Positions 7,620-16,753 of a DNA stretch of 33,963 nt are shown here, piece after piece (position 1 is the first letter of the stretch; each line of letters starts with the position of its first letter). Made by a program: the position numbers and the translations under genes. The DNA comes from a virus, in the IMG/VR virus record IMGVR_UViG_3300016476_000653, positions 1 to 33,963 of that record; one strand, 5' to 3'. The notes beneath the pieces were generated by a model that was given only the letters and a program-made list of their open reading frames with translations, had not been told where the DNA came from and did not search any database.

Positions 7620-9757
7620 TATGCTAAGCTAATATTTTGTCCTTTAATATTTGATGCCTTCTGTGCTCTGTTTACTGACAAAAGTAAGTCTTGTCCTCTT
7701 AATACAAAGGTACCACCATTACCGCCACCAATCATATCTTTTAATTTGTCTAAAGGAGCTACAACCTCTGGATTAGAACTTGCACCAGGATATTCTCCCA
7801 TTAAACCATAAGTAGGTCCAGAGATAATACCACCATTTGCAAACTTCTTAGTCTTGTCTTTACTTAAGCTTGATTTTAACAAAGCACCAGCTGCTACAGC
7901 GGCAACACCAGCTGCTAATGCTACTGGCCATGACAATGGGTTCTTAAGTGATTCCATTGCTGCTGCAGTAAGTACAGCATAGCTAATTAATGCTTTACCA
8001 ATTTGGCTTAAAGCATCAGCTAATAATAATCCCAATGCCTCAAAACCATTTACATTTTCACCAGCTAATGCCTTACCAATAGTTTCTCCAAGAGATACAA
8101 AAGCACCTTCTAAGAAATCTCTAATTATAGAGTTTATCCTAACAGCAGTATTTGACCATGTATCACCTAATCCTTTTAATTGAGCATCAAGCTTGTCAAA
8201 CATATCAAGATATACTTGAGCTACTTTAGGGTCCATAGCAGTAGCTGCTAATACAGCCAATTTAGCCATATTAGCTTTTAAAGCATCTTGTCTTTGCTTA
8301 AGGTTCGTTCTAAATAACTTTTGCTCTACATCAGATTGAGTCTTAACTAAACCAGCTTGTCTTTTAGCAAAGTCTACAGCTTGTTTAAGTTCCTCTTCTT
8401 TATCTTTCTTTTTCTTATCAGATACTTTTTTAGCATTATCTAATAATTGCTCTTGCATAGCCTGGTCTAATAAGACAATCTTATTAGCGTATTCTCTATA
8501 TATACCCTCTTCTAATGCAGCAGTTTGTTGTGCAGTATAACCAGCATTCTTAAGTTTCTCTAATTGTAAACGCTTTTCAAGTTCAGCTAATTGTTTACTA
8601 ACCTCAAACTTTGCAAAAGCATCATCTTTAACCATATTAATCTCTTGCTTCTTAGCATCAATTAGGTCTTGTATAACTTTCTCGTTAACTGTTTGTTGCT
8701 GTTTAAGAGCAGCAGCAGCTTCTTTAGGGTCAGCAAAAGAACCAAACTTTAAGTCCTTCTTAGCATCTTCTACTTGCTTTTTCAAAGTGTTCCATACAGC
8801 TTCAGCAGCAACAGCATTCTTACCAGCAGCTTGAATAGCATCTTTTTGATTAGCTAAACCTCTTTTTCTTAACTCTTCTGCAGTACCAATAGCCGCTGCA
8901 GTATAGTCTCCAAACATGTTAAACTGAATACTCCAAAACTTATCCCAGTTACCTACGAAATCTTCTGGTTTCTTGAATGCAGCAATCATCATATTAGCAG
9001 ACTCCTCAGCTACTTTAGCAGCCGCAGCATTAGCCATATTCACCTTGAATATAAAGTCTACATATTTATCTCCTTGATTAATTAATGAGTTCTGAACTTC
9101 CTTAAAAGTATTTAAGTGGCCAAGTGTCTTACCAATAGAATCATTGTAGTCATCTACAGCTTTCTTTTCTTTCTGTTTGTTACCTTCTGCTTCTTTTACT
9201 TGGTCATTAAGCAACATAACTTGAAGCTTAGCATCCGCATAAGACTTCTTAGCTGTATCTAAAGACTCATTAAATGTCTTTTGTTTTCTATCGGCATCTG
9301 TAACAGTAGTAAATAGATTGCCAATCTCTTTCTCAAAAACAGTTACAATAGCTACCAAAGCAGAGAATGCTAAGTAGATAGGACCAGTAACAGCAGCAAA
9401 ACTACCAAGCAATGCTGGTAAGTTGTTCTGAATACCTCTAAATCCAAACGGTAAATCTTGTACAACTAAGGCTAAGCTTGTCCATTGCTTATTTGACTCT
9501 TTTAAGGAACCTTGACTGTTGTTTAAAGATTGGCTTAACTTATCATAGTTAGCCTTCATCTCCACTATCTTCTTATCTGCTGGGTCTAAACCATTAGCAA
9601 CAAGGCGTATCATCTCTTTCTCAAGAGCCGCCATGTGTTTTTCTGTATTCCTGGCTGTTTCACCGAATATCTTGGTTGCAGCCTCAATCTTCTTTATATT
9701 CTCAGTAAACCTATCTTCAGCGGTTATGACAATTTTAACACCTTCTTGATTAGCCAT
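7619..9757 (-). CDS. Tape measure protein
   Basis: 712 aa; long Ala/Lys/Glu-rich helical regions, hydrophobic segments (LPALLGSFAAVTGPIYLAFSALVAIVTVF), C-terminal FANGGIISGPTYGLMGE motif; follows the chaperone pair. Confidence 0.9.
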   Translation of the reverse strand: MANQEGVKIVITAEDRFTENIKKIEAATKIFGETARNTEKHMAALEKEMIRLVANGLDPADKKIVEMKANYDKLSQSLNNSQGSLKESNKQWTSLALVVQDLPFGFRGIQNNLPALLGSFAAVTGPIYLAFSALVAIVTVFEKEIGNLFTTVTDADRKQKTFNESLDTAKKSYADAKLQVMLLNDQVKEAEGNKQKEKKAVDDYNDSIGKTLGHLNTFKEVQNSLINQGDKYVDFIFKVNMANAAAAKVAEESANMMIAAFKKPEDFVGNWDKFWSIQFNMFGDYTAAAIGTAEELRKRGLANQKDAIQAAGKNAVAAEAVWNTLKKQVEDAKKDLKFGSFADPKEAAAALKQQQTVNEKVIQDLIDAKKQEINMVKDDAFAKFEVSKQLAELEKRLQLEKLKNAGYTAQQTAALEEGIYREYANKIVLLDQAMQEQLLDNAKKVSDKKKKDKEEELKQAVDFAKRQAGLVKTQSDVEQKLFRTNLKQRQDALKANMAKLAVLAATAMDPKVAQVYLDMFDKLDAQLKGLGDTWSNTAVRINSIIRDFLEGAFVSLGETIGKALAGENVNGFEALGLLLADALSQIGKALISYAVLTAAAMESLKNPLSWPVALAAGVAAVAAGALLKSSLSKDKTKKFANGGIISGPTYGLMGEYPGASSNPEVVAPLDKLKDMIGGGNGGTFVLRGQDLLLSVNRAQKASNIKGQNISLA

Positions 9758-9759
9758 TA

Positions 9760-10442
9760 TTATACTGGTTTAATATTTTCATACTTTTTTAGAACTTCTT
9801 GTAACTCTTCGTTACTCATTATTCTTACGTTCTTCTTCTTTCTCTTATCGCAATCTAACTCTAATAATTCAGTTGGTTTTACCTTCTTGCCTTTAGGTAG
9901 TTGGATATTGATAAGTAGAGTAGTTTGCCATCTTGTTCTTATCCATTCTTGCTCCTCTTTATGTCTATAGCCGTACCAAACAAAGTCTAATTCAGCCATG
10001 GTCATATCCCAAAACAAATGGGGAAGTATTTGGCACTCCCCCATTGTATATCTTTCTATGTCAATCCACTCTAATTTTTTTTTACTTCACCATCTTCTGT
10101 TGACTTAGTAGGAGTTTCTTCTAAACCGCTGTTCATGCTATCAGATAAAGCTGTCATAATATCTTGGAATTGTTGCCCACCGATTCCTCCAATGTCATCA
10201 ATCCAGTCACATACGTCAATCTCTTTAAAGTCTGGAGTTCTACCTTCCTTAATGAAAGGGTACTCAGCAGCTGCTCTTATAAGATTCACAACAGCATCTA
10301 ATGCGTTTGCTCCGCTTAGTGCACTCGATATTTCAGTAGGTCCTATGCCTTGTAACTGACAGAATCTTTTAGATGACCATGTACAGAAACGTAGCGGTAC
10401 TACCTTCCCATCAGAAAGTGATAGGTTAAAATGTCCTCTCAT
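9760..10442 (-). CDS. Tail assembly chaperone fusion (gpGT-like) made by -1 programmed frameshift
   Basis: The -1 frame is open from the A9 run and is the same frame as track ORF 9760..10044: ...GEVKKK-LEWIDIERYTMGECQ... Confidence 0.6.
10071..10442 (-). CDS. Tail assembly chaperone (gpG-like)
   Basis: 123 aa, acidic C-terminus; sits between the major tail protein and the tape measure; ends in a slippery A-run. Confidence 0.75.
   Translation of the reverse strand: MRGHFNLSLSDGKVVPLRFCTWSSKRFCQLQGIGPTEISSALSGANALDAVVNLIRAAAEYPFIKEGRTPDFKEIDVCDWIDDIGGIGGQQFQDIMTALSDSMNSGLEETPTKSTEDGEVKKN
10075..10083 (-). promoter_or_regulatory. Slippery homopolymer (A9 in the mRNA) for the -1 ribosomal frameshift
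   Basis: Zero frame reads GTA AAA AAA AAT TAG; A AAA AAA is an X XXY YYZ heptamer placed just before the stop. Confidence 0.6.
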
Positions 10443-10459
10443 ATATTTTGGTTTTTAGT

Positions 10460-10879
10460 TTATGCGTTGGTAGTCATCACTAATGCTCCAGTACCAGTAA
10501 ATGATGCTGAGAAAGTAGCTGGAGATTCCATATCACCAGTAAAGTCTAAAGACTCAACCGCTGCAGTTCCAGTCCAAATCTTGTCACCACTAACGAAAGT
10601 AGAGAAAGTCAAAGTAACATCAGTTCTTGAGCTGATAGAAGAGAATAAATCTTCTACATTAACTCCAGCTGCTGCAGATTCTATAACTGCTAAACCATCT
10701 GTAGATACTGACCAAGAACGTACGCCTTGAATTTGTTGTGCCCATCCACCACTATCTTTTGTAGTAGCTTCTGGTAAGTCTGTGCTTACAGATAATGAAC
10801 ATGAAGTTGAGTGAGCTACTGCTACTCCACCTATTTTTACTACGAGTAAAGTCCCGTTAAATACACCAGTTGTGCTCAT
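10460..10879 (-). CDS. Major tail (tube) protein, TP901-1/phi13-like
   Basis: 139 aa, directly upstream of the chaperone pair and tape measure; NGTLLVVKIGG...STSCSLSV...SWSVSTDGL...ATFSASFTGTGAL pattern. Confidence 0.8.
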   Translation of the reverse strand: MSTTGVFNGTLLVVKIGGVAVAHSTSCSLSVSTDLPEATTKDSGGWAQQIQGVRSWSVSTDGLAVIESAAAGVNVEDLFSSISSRTDVTLTFSTFVSGDKIWTGTAAVESLDFTGDMESPATFSASFTGTGALVMTTNA

Positions 10880-10907
10880 ATGTTATTTTTTTTTAATGTT
10901 TATGTAA

Positions 10908-11546
10908 TTAAATACTAATTACTTTTATTGATTTATTTTTAATCCTACTTTTTAAAGCTCCATAACTTATACCGATAAAATCTGCAGCAAGTTTTTTGCT
11001 TTTAAATTCTCCGACAAAGTTACCATTCTTATCCCAAACCTTACAAGCCTTCATTAAATGGCTATTTTCTATACCTTGTTTTGCCAAAGACATTTTCTTT
11101 TTAGACTCTTCACTTACAATCTTTCCCTTTGTCAATCTACCCCAAGTATTACCTTTACTTCTTTCAGAAGTGGCTTTTCTTTGTGCTTCAGTTGTCTTTC
11201 TGCCTATTCCAGCCAATCCTATTTTTCTTTTAGTTTCTTCGGAATGTTTAGTATTTAAACCGCCTGGCCTAATGTTATATCCAAAGTTTCTGTCAGTAGC
11301 TCTTAATATCTTAATAAACTGCTCTTCGTAAAGATTAAGACTTTCTAAGTCATCAGTTTTTAAGATGGTATAGAACATAAAGGAATCTATGCCATGTTTA
11401 TTAAAAGAACGTTGAAGGTACTCGTTGTCGTGAGTACCCTTCTTTAGCCTTGAGGTATGGTAATTAAACCTTATCTCTGGCTTATTTATTGTTTGTCCGA
11501 TATAAGCCTTCCCAGTATTCTTGTTCAGTATCTTATATAAGTACAT
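10908..11546 (-). CDS. GIY-YIG homing endonuclease with NUMOD3 repeats and a C-terminal DNA-binding tail
   Basis: YLYKILNKNTGKAYIGQT (GIY-YIG), FNYHTS, GYNIRPGG; NUMOD3-like HSEETKRKIGLAG and VSEESKKKMSLAKQG. Confidence 0.9.
   Translation of the reverse strand: MYLYKILNKNTGKAYIGQTINKPEIRFNYHTSRLKKGTHDNEYLQRSFNKHGIDSFMFYTILKTDDLESLNLYEEQFIKILRATDRNFGYNIRPGGLNTKHSEETKRKIGLAGIGRKTTEAQRKATSERSKGNTWGRLTKGKIVSEESKKKMSLAKQGIENSHLMKACKVWDKNGNFVGEFKSKKLAADFIGISYGALKSRIKNKSIKVISI
10908..11546 (-). mobile_element. Free-standing homing endonuclease gene inserted between the tail-terminator and major-tail genes
   Basis: Selfish-endonuclease gene family sitting inside an otherwise purely structural operon. 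Confidence 0.7.
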
Positions 11547-11547
11547 A

Positions 11548-11976
11548 TTATGTTATTTGAGTTACAAAGTGGTTTACAATTATAACTCTTCTAAAAATAT
11601 AAGCCTCTTCTACAAAGTCAAAAGTAGCCTGGTTTGATGCCATATTCCTTGTGACTATTTTGAAATCTGGAGAAGCATTCGGATAATCAGCTGGAGCAAC
11701 TCCTATGATTTCCAATAAGTCATTAGCCCATTCATCTACAGACTTCTGACCTACCTCTCCAGACTTAAATGTCCTATAAACAATGTCAAACTGGATGCTA
11801 ACATCAAAGTTATAGCTTGTTTTATCGCTATTCTCTACTGATGTCTGACTACTAATCAACAAGAATGGAGGCTCTGAACCATCTGGAGCTATGGTATCAT
11901 ATACCGATAACTCATAGTTTGCAGCATTTATCTTGTCGAAATAAGCCTTTCGTATAGCATATCCGCAGTCTTTCAT
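11548..11976 (-). CDS. Tail terminator / tail completion protein (DUF3168-like)
   Basis: 142 aa; VYDTIAPDGSEPPFLLISS...SIQFDIVY fits my recollection of the family pattern; lies just upstream of the tail tube gene (ignoring the endonuclease). Confidence 0.6.
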   Translation of the reverse strand: MKDCGYAIRKAYFDKINAANYELSVYDTIAPDGSEPPFLLISSQTSVENSDKTSYNFDVSIQFDIVYRTFKSGEVGQKSVDEWANDLLEIIGVAPADYPNASPDFKIVTRNMASNQATFDFVEEAYIFRRVIIVNHFVTQIT

Positions 11977-12149
11977 TATCCTTCTACCTCTTCTTGTTTA
12001 GTAGCCGTTTCTTGCCCATTTTGAGCCTTATAGTTAGCTTGTAAGAAGCCAATCAATGGCATAGCATACTTTGCTGGTATTTCCCCTATAATAGCATCCA
12101 TTTCATTTAATTGCTCATCTGTTAATGTTAGTTGTCCTTGTGGTTTCAT
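11976..12149 (-). CDS. 57-aa ORF between the fiber and tail-terminator genes (below the track cutoff)
   Basis: Hand translation: MKPQGQLTLTDEQLNEMDAIIGEIPAKYAMPLIGFLQANYKAQNGQETATKQEEVEG; its stop overlaps the next ATG (TAATG). Confidence 0.45.
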   Translation of the reverse strand: MKPQGQLTLTDEQLNEMDAIIGEIPAKYAMPLIGFLQANYKAQNGQETATKQEEVEG

Positions 12150-12179
12150 ATTTGGTTATTTTTACAAATTTAGGTAAAA

Positions 12180-15100
12180 TTATTTAGCTTCTAATTCTTT
12201 AACTCTTGCCTCTAATTCTTGTATTGCCTTTATAAGTATTGGAACAAATATCGAGTATTTAACCGATTTTGTAGTAGTTCCAACTAATTGTCTTTCTTTA
12301 GTTATAGTTCCGTCTTCATTTGTTACATCTAACTCTTCAAAATCTTCAGATTCTTCTACCATAGATGGAAATACCTCTTCTAATTCTTGAGCAATTACAC
12401 CTATTTGTTTTGTTTCTTGTCCTTTTAAATTATAATTTCTAATTTTTACTTTTAATAAATCATCAAGTTTAGGAGTTGCATCAATAATATTTTCCTTTAA
12501 TTTAATATCTGATAATGAACCATAACTATTATTTGTATTATAAACATTTCCATTAGATACTACATTAAATGCAAGTGTACCAGAAGTGGTTGCGGTAGCA
12601 CTATTCCATCCAGTAAATAGAGATATAGATGGCCCAGCTGCTGCTCCAGTTCTTGCATTAATACAATCAGTTGATGCAAAATAAACATCTAATCCAGTTA
12701 TACTGCCAGTTTTACCTACTCCAGTATTACCAGAAGGCATTATCTTAAATCTTTCAGTTGCTTGTGGATTAAATATAATTGGATGTGATGTATTTGTTCC
12801 AATATTTAATCCAGAACTATTTGCATCAATTGCACCAACTACAGTTCCAGTTCCATCACTTGTCATTCTTATAGTTCTACCAACTCCATCTGCTCTTAAT
12901 GTTAAAGCTGGACCATTTATTGCAGATGCATCAAAATATGCTTTAGTTCCACCAGTATCAATAGGCATACCAATTGTTATAGAACCATTTGCTAAATATC
13001 CACCAGATGTTACACTAGTTGAAAATGTAGCAGCACCAGTAGATGAAATACTTGCAATAGAAGTGCCATTAACTGTAAAAGTATATCCTTTACCAGCTGG
13101 ATTTTTGAATCCAAAATAATCTCCACCAGTTGCTCCAGAAATGCTAATATTTGAACATACTTCAGTAGAAGCACCCCAATCAGCAGAAGTTAAAACAAGT
13201 AATCCTCTTGTTCCACTACCTATTAAATAACCTCCTTGAACAAAACTACTTGCCGTTACAGATGAACTAAATGTAGAAGCACCATTTGATGCTGATATAT
13301 AAAATGGTATTCTGCTATTTTTTACATCTCTAATTGCAAAATCATTAACTGAAGGTGTACCTTGAGCAACACCTAAATACCAATCTGATACTGTTGTTTG
13401 CTGTATTTTAATTCCAGCCTCTTCAGTTGCTGAAGTTGTTTTTGTTATTAAATATGGTCTTGCACTATTTGTAATTGTTATATTTTCTGAAAAAGTTTTA
13501 GTGCCAGTAATTGTCTCTGTTCCAGATAAATGAACTACAGCGTTATCATTAGCTTTAGCACTAAATTGAGTTTGTATAGAACTTGTAACCCCTTTTACAT
13601 AACTTAATTCAGTCAATGAAGGATAAGTACCAGTTGATAATGAGCTGATAACTCCAGTTGTAGAGAAAAAAGCAATTTCATTAGCAGTACCAGAACCGCC
13701 TATGTAAGTAGGTATGTTAAATACACCACCGCTATAAGTAGCAGCACCGCTTGTACCAGTTGTTGTTAAACTGATAGCTGACTGTGCTCGACCAGTAGTA
13801 AAGTATTGATTTGTGCCTTCTGCAATGTTAGTAGTTGTTAAAACAACATTACCAGACAAACTATTTACAGTTGTTACTGGGAATGCAATGGCAGTATTTG
13901 ATGCACTTGTTATTCTACCTTTACCATCAATAGCGATTGTAGGAACTGCAGTTGTAGTACCATAAGTTGTTGCAGTAACACCAGTATTAGCTAATGTTAG
14001 AGCACCAGTAGCGTTTGCACTACCATCGAAGCTTACAGTCCATGCAGCATCACCAGTAGCAGATATGCTTCTTGCAGTAGATAACACATTAGCAGCATTC
14101 GCTGTACCAGCTAAGTTACCTTCTACGTTAGCAACCAATGTGCCAACAGTATATCCAGTTCCAGTAGTATCTACTACGTTAGTAGGTTCATCTACTAAGC
14201 CACTGAATATCTTATACTTACCAGCATCAGAAGCATCTCTGAATAAACCAGTAAACTCAACACGAGTTTGTGCTGAATCGTAATATCTACCATAGTAACC
14301 AATATCAACAGCATCTGTTGTATTGTTATCGTTAGCTACCTCAAACAATGGGTCTTTAGAAGATATTGATTGAGTGTTTACGTAAGTAGCAGTACCATTG
14401 ATAGTTAAATTACCACTAACAACTACGTTGTTTGGGAAAGTAACGTCATTTGTAAATCCAACGGTTGTAGTATTTCCAACAGTATTAGCGGCAATTTGAT
14501 TTGCGGTTCCATTGATAGTAGTTATACCTTGGTCAGTCCAAGTTGCTGTAATTGTATTGGCATCTTGTTCAGTTAAGGTTAATGTTTTAGTACCAGTTCC
14601 AGTTACTGCAGCAGAAACTATAGAACGGTTATAAGCTGTATCATATTGTCCTAGTTTAACAGTAGTAGGGATAGCATAACCAGATGTTAGGCTAAGAACA
14701 CCACTACCAGCAGAGTAGTCTAATCCAACAGCATTCTCGCTGAAAGCCGCTCTTGCACGAGCATCAGTATAATATAAGTTAGTGCCTTCTGCCAAATCTG
14801 TTGTAGATTTCGCTGAGAAAGCAGTATTAAATCTTGCTTGAGTATAGTAAAGGTTTGTACCCTCTGCTAAATCAGTTGTAGTCTTTGTACTAAATCTTGA
14901 GTCAAATCTTGCGTTTGTCCAATAAAGGTTAGTACCTTCTGCAATGTCAGAAGTAGTAAGCGTTAATGAAGCTCCCAAAGCAACAGCAGAACCATTGATA
15001 GTAACCTCATCGTTAGCTAAACTTGCGTTTGGTATTGCAGATAACTCAAAGTTACCAGTTGAGCTATTGTAAGATATACCAGTACCAGCAGTTACGCTTA

Positions 15101-16301
15101 AAGCACCTCTACTTCTTGCGTTAGTAAAATACAAGTTTGTACCTTCTGGCAAGTTAGTAGTTGTTTTAGTTGCAAAGTTAGTTGCAAAGTTTGCATCACC
15201 TCTTGCAGTTGTAAAATAAAGATTAGTTCCTTCTGCCAAGTTTGTTGTTGTCTTAGCAGCGAAAGCTGAATCAAATCGAGCTTGTGTGTAATATAAATTA
15301 GTTCCTTCAGCAATGTTAGTTGTAGTACCAGCTACATTCTCCCATACTGACAAAGAAGAATTATACTTTAAGATATTGTTATTAGCAACACTTGTAATTC
15401 TTACGTCATGTAATTCCGAGATTTCGTAACCATTATCCACCTTTACGAAAATCTTACCTTGAGTCTTATGAGCATAAACTACAAAACCTACAATAACTGT
15501 TTGTTGAGGAGCTAATGGCTTAACCTTTGTAACACCACCTGGAACTGTAGGAGACAAGTAAAGTGTATCACCATCAACCCATACCTCAGATTGCAAATCT
15601 CCAGTAGTATCGATTTGTCTAACTAAACCAGAAGTAGTTACGAAACCTTCTTTGTTGTTAGCTATATTTTCAGTAACTAAACCTAAAGTATCTGTAGAGT
15701 TAGCTTCGTTATTAGCTTGTGCTAAAGTAACTGCTAATCTTTGACCTTGAGCAGAACTAATTTTAACTGCTTGGTAACCAGCTTCAGTCAAAATAGAGCC
15801 AGAATTATTCAATACTCTTGCTACTTGTTCTTGACCAACTTGTAATACCACTTGACCACCCATAAGACCAATGTCCAAAGTGCCATCAGTGGTATTCCAT
15901 TTTAACTTACCTACAGCACTCGCTTCGTTAGCGTTAGTGTTTAACTGCAAGTAATCTCCTTGTACACCACCATCAGCAGTTGCGATAGTGATAGTAGGAG
16001 TTAAAGTTCTCGCTGTGTCATTGTAAGCCCAAGTAATACCAGTACCATTCTGTATCAAAGTAGCTACTGTATCGTCAATTAAGTCTTGAATTTGAATACC
16101 TCCACCAGTAATGATTAAATCACCAGTGATTGTTAGGTCTCCATTAACTGTAGCAGCAAGTGTAGATAGTGATAACGCTGTGTTATTACCAGCACCGTCT
16201 TGAACTGGTTGCAAAGTACCACTTACACCTACGTTATTTGCACCAATCTGCAATACTTGTCTATATGTATTCTTAACCGCTTTACCTTGAAGAGTAGCCA
16301 T
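12180..16301 (-). CDS. Fiber protein (1373 aa) with AEGTNLY(Y/F)T repeats and a C-terminal S74-type intramolecular chaperone domain
   Basis: Thr/Gly/Ser/Asn-rich; seven AEGTN(L/Q)Y repeats; C-terminus GSLSDIKLKENI...IGVIAQELEEVFP...ILIKAIQELEARVKELE. Confidence 0.9.
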   Translation of the reverse strand: MATLQGKAVKNTYRQVLQIGANNVGVSGTLQPVQDGAGNNTALSLSTLAATVNGDLTITGDLIITGGGIQIQDLIDDTVATLIQNGTGITWAYNDTARTLTPTITIATADGGVQGDYLQLNTNANEASAVGKLKWNTTDGTLDIGLMGGQVVLQVGQEQVARVLNNSGSILTEAGYQAVKISSAQGQRLAVTLAQANNEANSTDTLGLVTENIANNKEGFVTTSGLVRQIDTTGDLQSEVWVDGDTLYLSPTVPGGVTKVKPLAPQQTVIVGFVVYAHKTQGKIFVKVDNGYEISELHDVRITSVANNNILKYNSSLSVWENVAGTTTNIAEGTNLYYTQARFDSAFAAKTTTNLAEGTNLYFTTARGDANFATNFATKTTTNLPEGTNLYFTNARSRGALSVTAGTGISYNSSTGNFELSAIPNASLANDEVTINGSAVALGASLTLTTSDIAEGTNLYWTNARFDSRFSTKTTTDLAEGTNLYYTQARFNTAFSAKSTTDLAEGTNLYYTDARARAAFSENAVGLDYSAGSGVLSLTSGYAIPTTVKLGQYDTAYNRSIVSAAVTGTGTKTLTLTEQDANTITATWTDQGITTINGTANQIAANTVGNTTTVGFTNDVTFPNNVVVSGNLTINGTATYVNTQSISSKDPLFEVANDNNTTDAVDIGYYGRYYDSAQTRVEFTGLFRDASDAGKYKIFSGLVDEPTNVVDTTGTGYTVGTLVANVEGNLAGTANAANVLSTARSISATGDAAWTVSFDGSANATGALTLANTGVTATTYGTTTAVPTIAIDGKGRITSASNTAIAFPVTTVNSLSGNVVLTTTNIAEGTNQYFTTGRAQSAISLTTTGTSGAATYSGGVFNIPTYIGGSGTANEIAFFSTTGVISSLSTGTYPSLTELSYVKGVTSSIQTQFSAKANDNAVVHLSGTETITGTKTFSENITITNSARPYLITKTTSATEEAGIKIQQTTVSDWYLGVAQGTPSVNDFAIRDVKNSRIPFYISASNGASTFSSSVTASSFVQGGYLIGSGTRGLLVLTSADWGASTEVCSNISISGATGGDYFGFKNPAGKGYTFTVNGTSIASISSTGAATFSTSVTSGGYLANGSITIGMPIDTGGTKAYFDASAINGPALTLRADGVGRTIRMTSDGTGTVVGAIDANSSGLNIGTNTSHPIIFNPQATERFKIMPSGNTGVGKTGSITGLDVYFASTDCINARTGAAAGPSISLFTGWNSATATTSGTLAFNVVSNGNVYNTNNSYGSLSDIKLKENIIDATPKLDDLLKVKIRNYNLKGQETKQIGVIAQELEEVFPSMVEESEDFEELDVTNEDGTITKERQLVGTTTKSVKYSIFVPILIKAIQELEARVKELEAK
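14741..15326 (-). repeat. Coding array of six ~25-aa repeats (TTT(N/D)LAEGTNLY(Y/F)TxAR...) in two clusters of three
   Basis: Repeats are visible in the translation. The DNA copies use different synonymous codons for the same AEGTNLY core (gaaggaactaatttatat / gaaggtacaaacttgtat / gaaggcactaacttatat). Confidence 0.85.
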
Positions 16302-16753
16302 TATATTTTAATTTTTTTAATTGAGTTAACCATTTTATATAGTTCTTCTGAAGCCGAATTAAACAAGAATGGTCTATGGGGCAAATTTACTACATTTCCG
16401 TTATTACGCTTAAAAGTCTGTGCGTATGCCTCAAGACTATTCATATTTAGATTTCTATACACTGGAATTTGGAAACTATCACCAGGTCCAGGACCAGTTC
16501 CAAACTCGACAAATGGTGCATAAAATACTCTCGCTCCAACTTCAGCACCAACATTTGAATTATAAGGAGTGCTATAAATAGAACCTTTTAATCCGTAAGT
16601 TTCACCTAAAGGTGCCCTTGCTCTTGCATTGTTTTCGATACTAATAACAGAAGTGCTAATAATATCGGAAACTCTTTTCTTTATAACTTCTGGAGCTACC
16701 TTAAATCTCTTAGAAAGTCTGTCTATATCTTTTCTATCTATCTTAAATGCCAT
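16301..16753 (-). CDS. HK97 gp10-family head-tail joining protein
   Basis: NNARARAPLGETYGLKGSI...FYAPFVEFGTG. Start placed at the ATG that overlaps the upstream stop (TAATG), not the TTG of the track ORF. Confidence 0.75.
   Translation of the reverse strand: MAFKIDRKDIDRLSKRFKVAPEVIKKRVSDIISTSVISIENNARARAPLGETYGLKGSIYSTPYNSNVGAEVGARVFYAPFVEFGTGPGPGDSFQIPVYRNLNMNSLEAYAQTFKRNNGNVVNLPHRPFLFNSASEELYKMVNSIKKIKI

Noticed and set aside
12180-16301. Diversity-generating retroelement targeting the fiber repeats
   Set aside because: There is no reverse transcriptase ORF anywhere in the genome and no near-identical template/variable repeat pair. The fiber repeats are diverged at synonymous sites.
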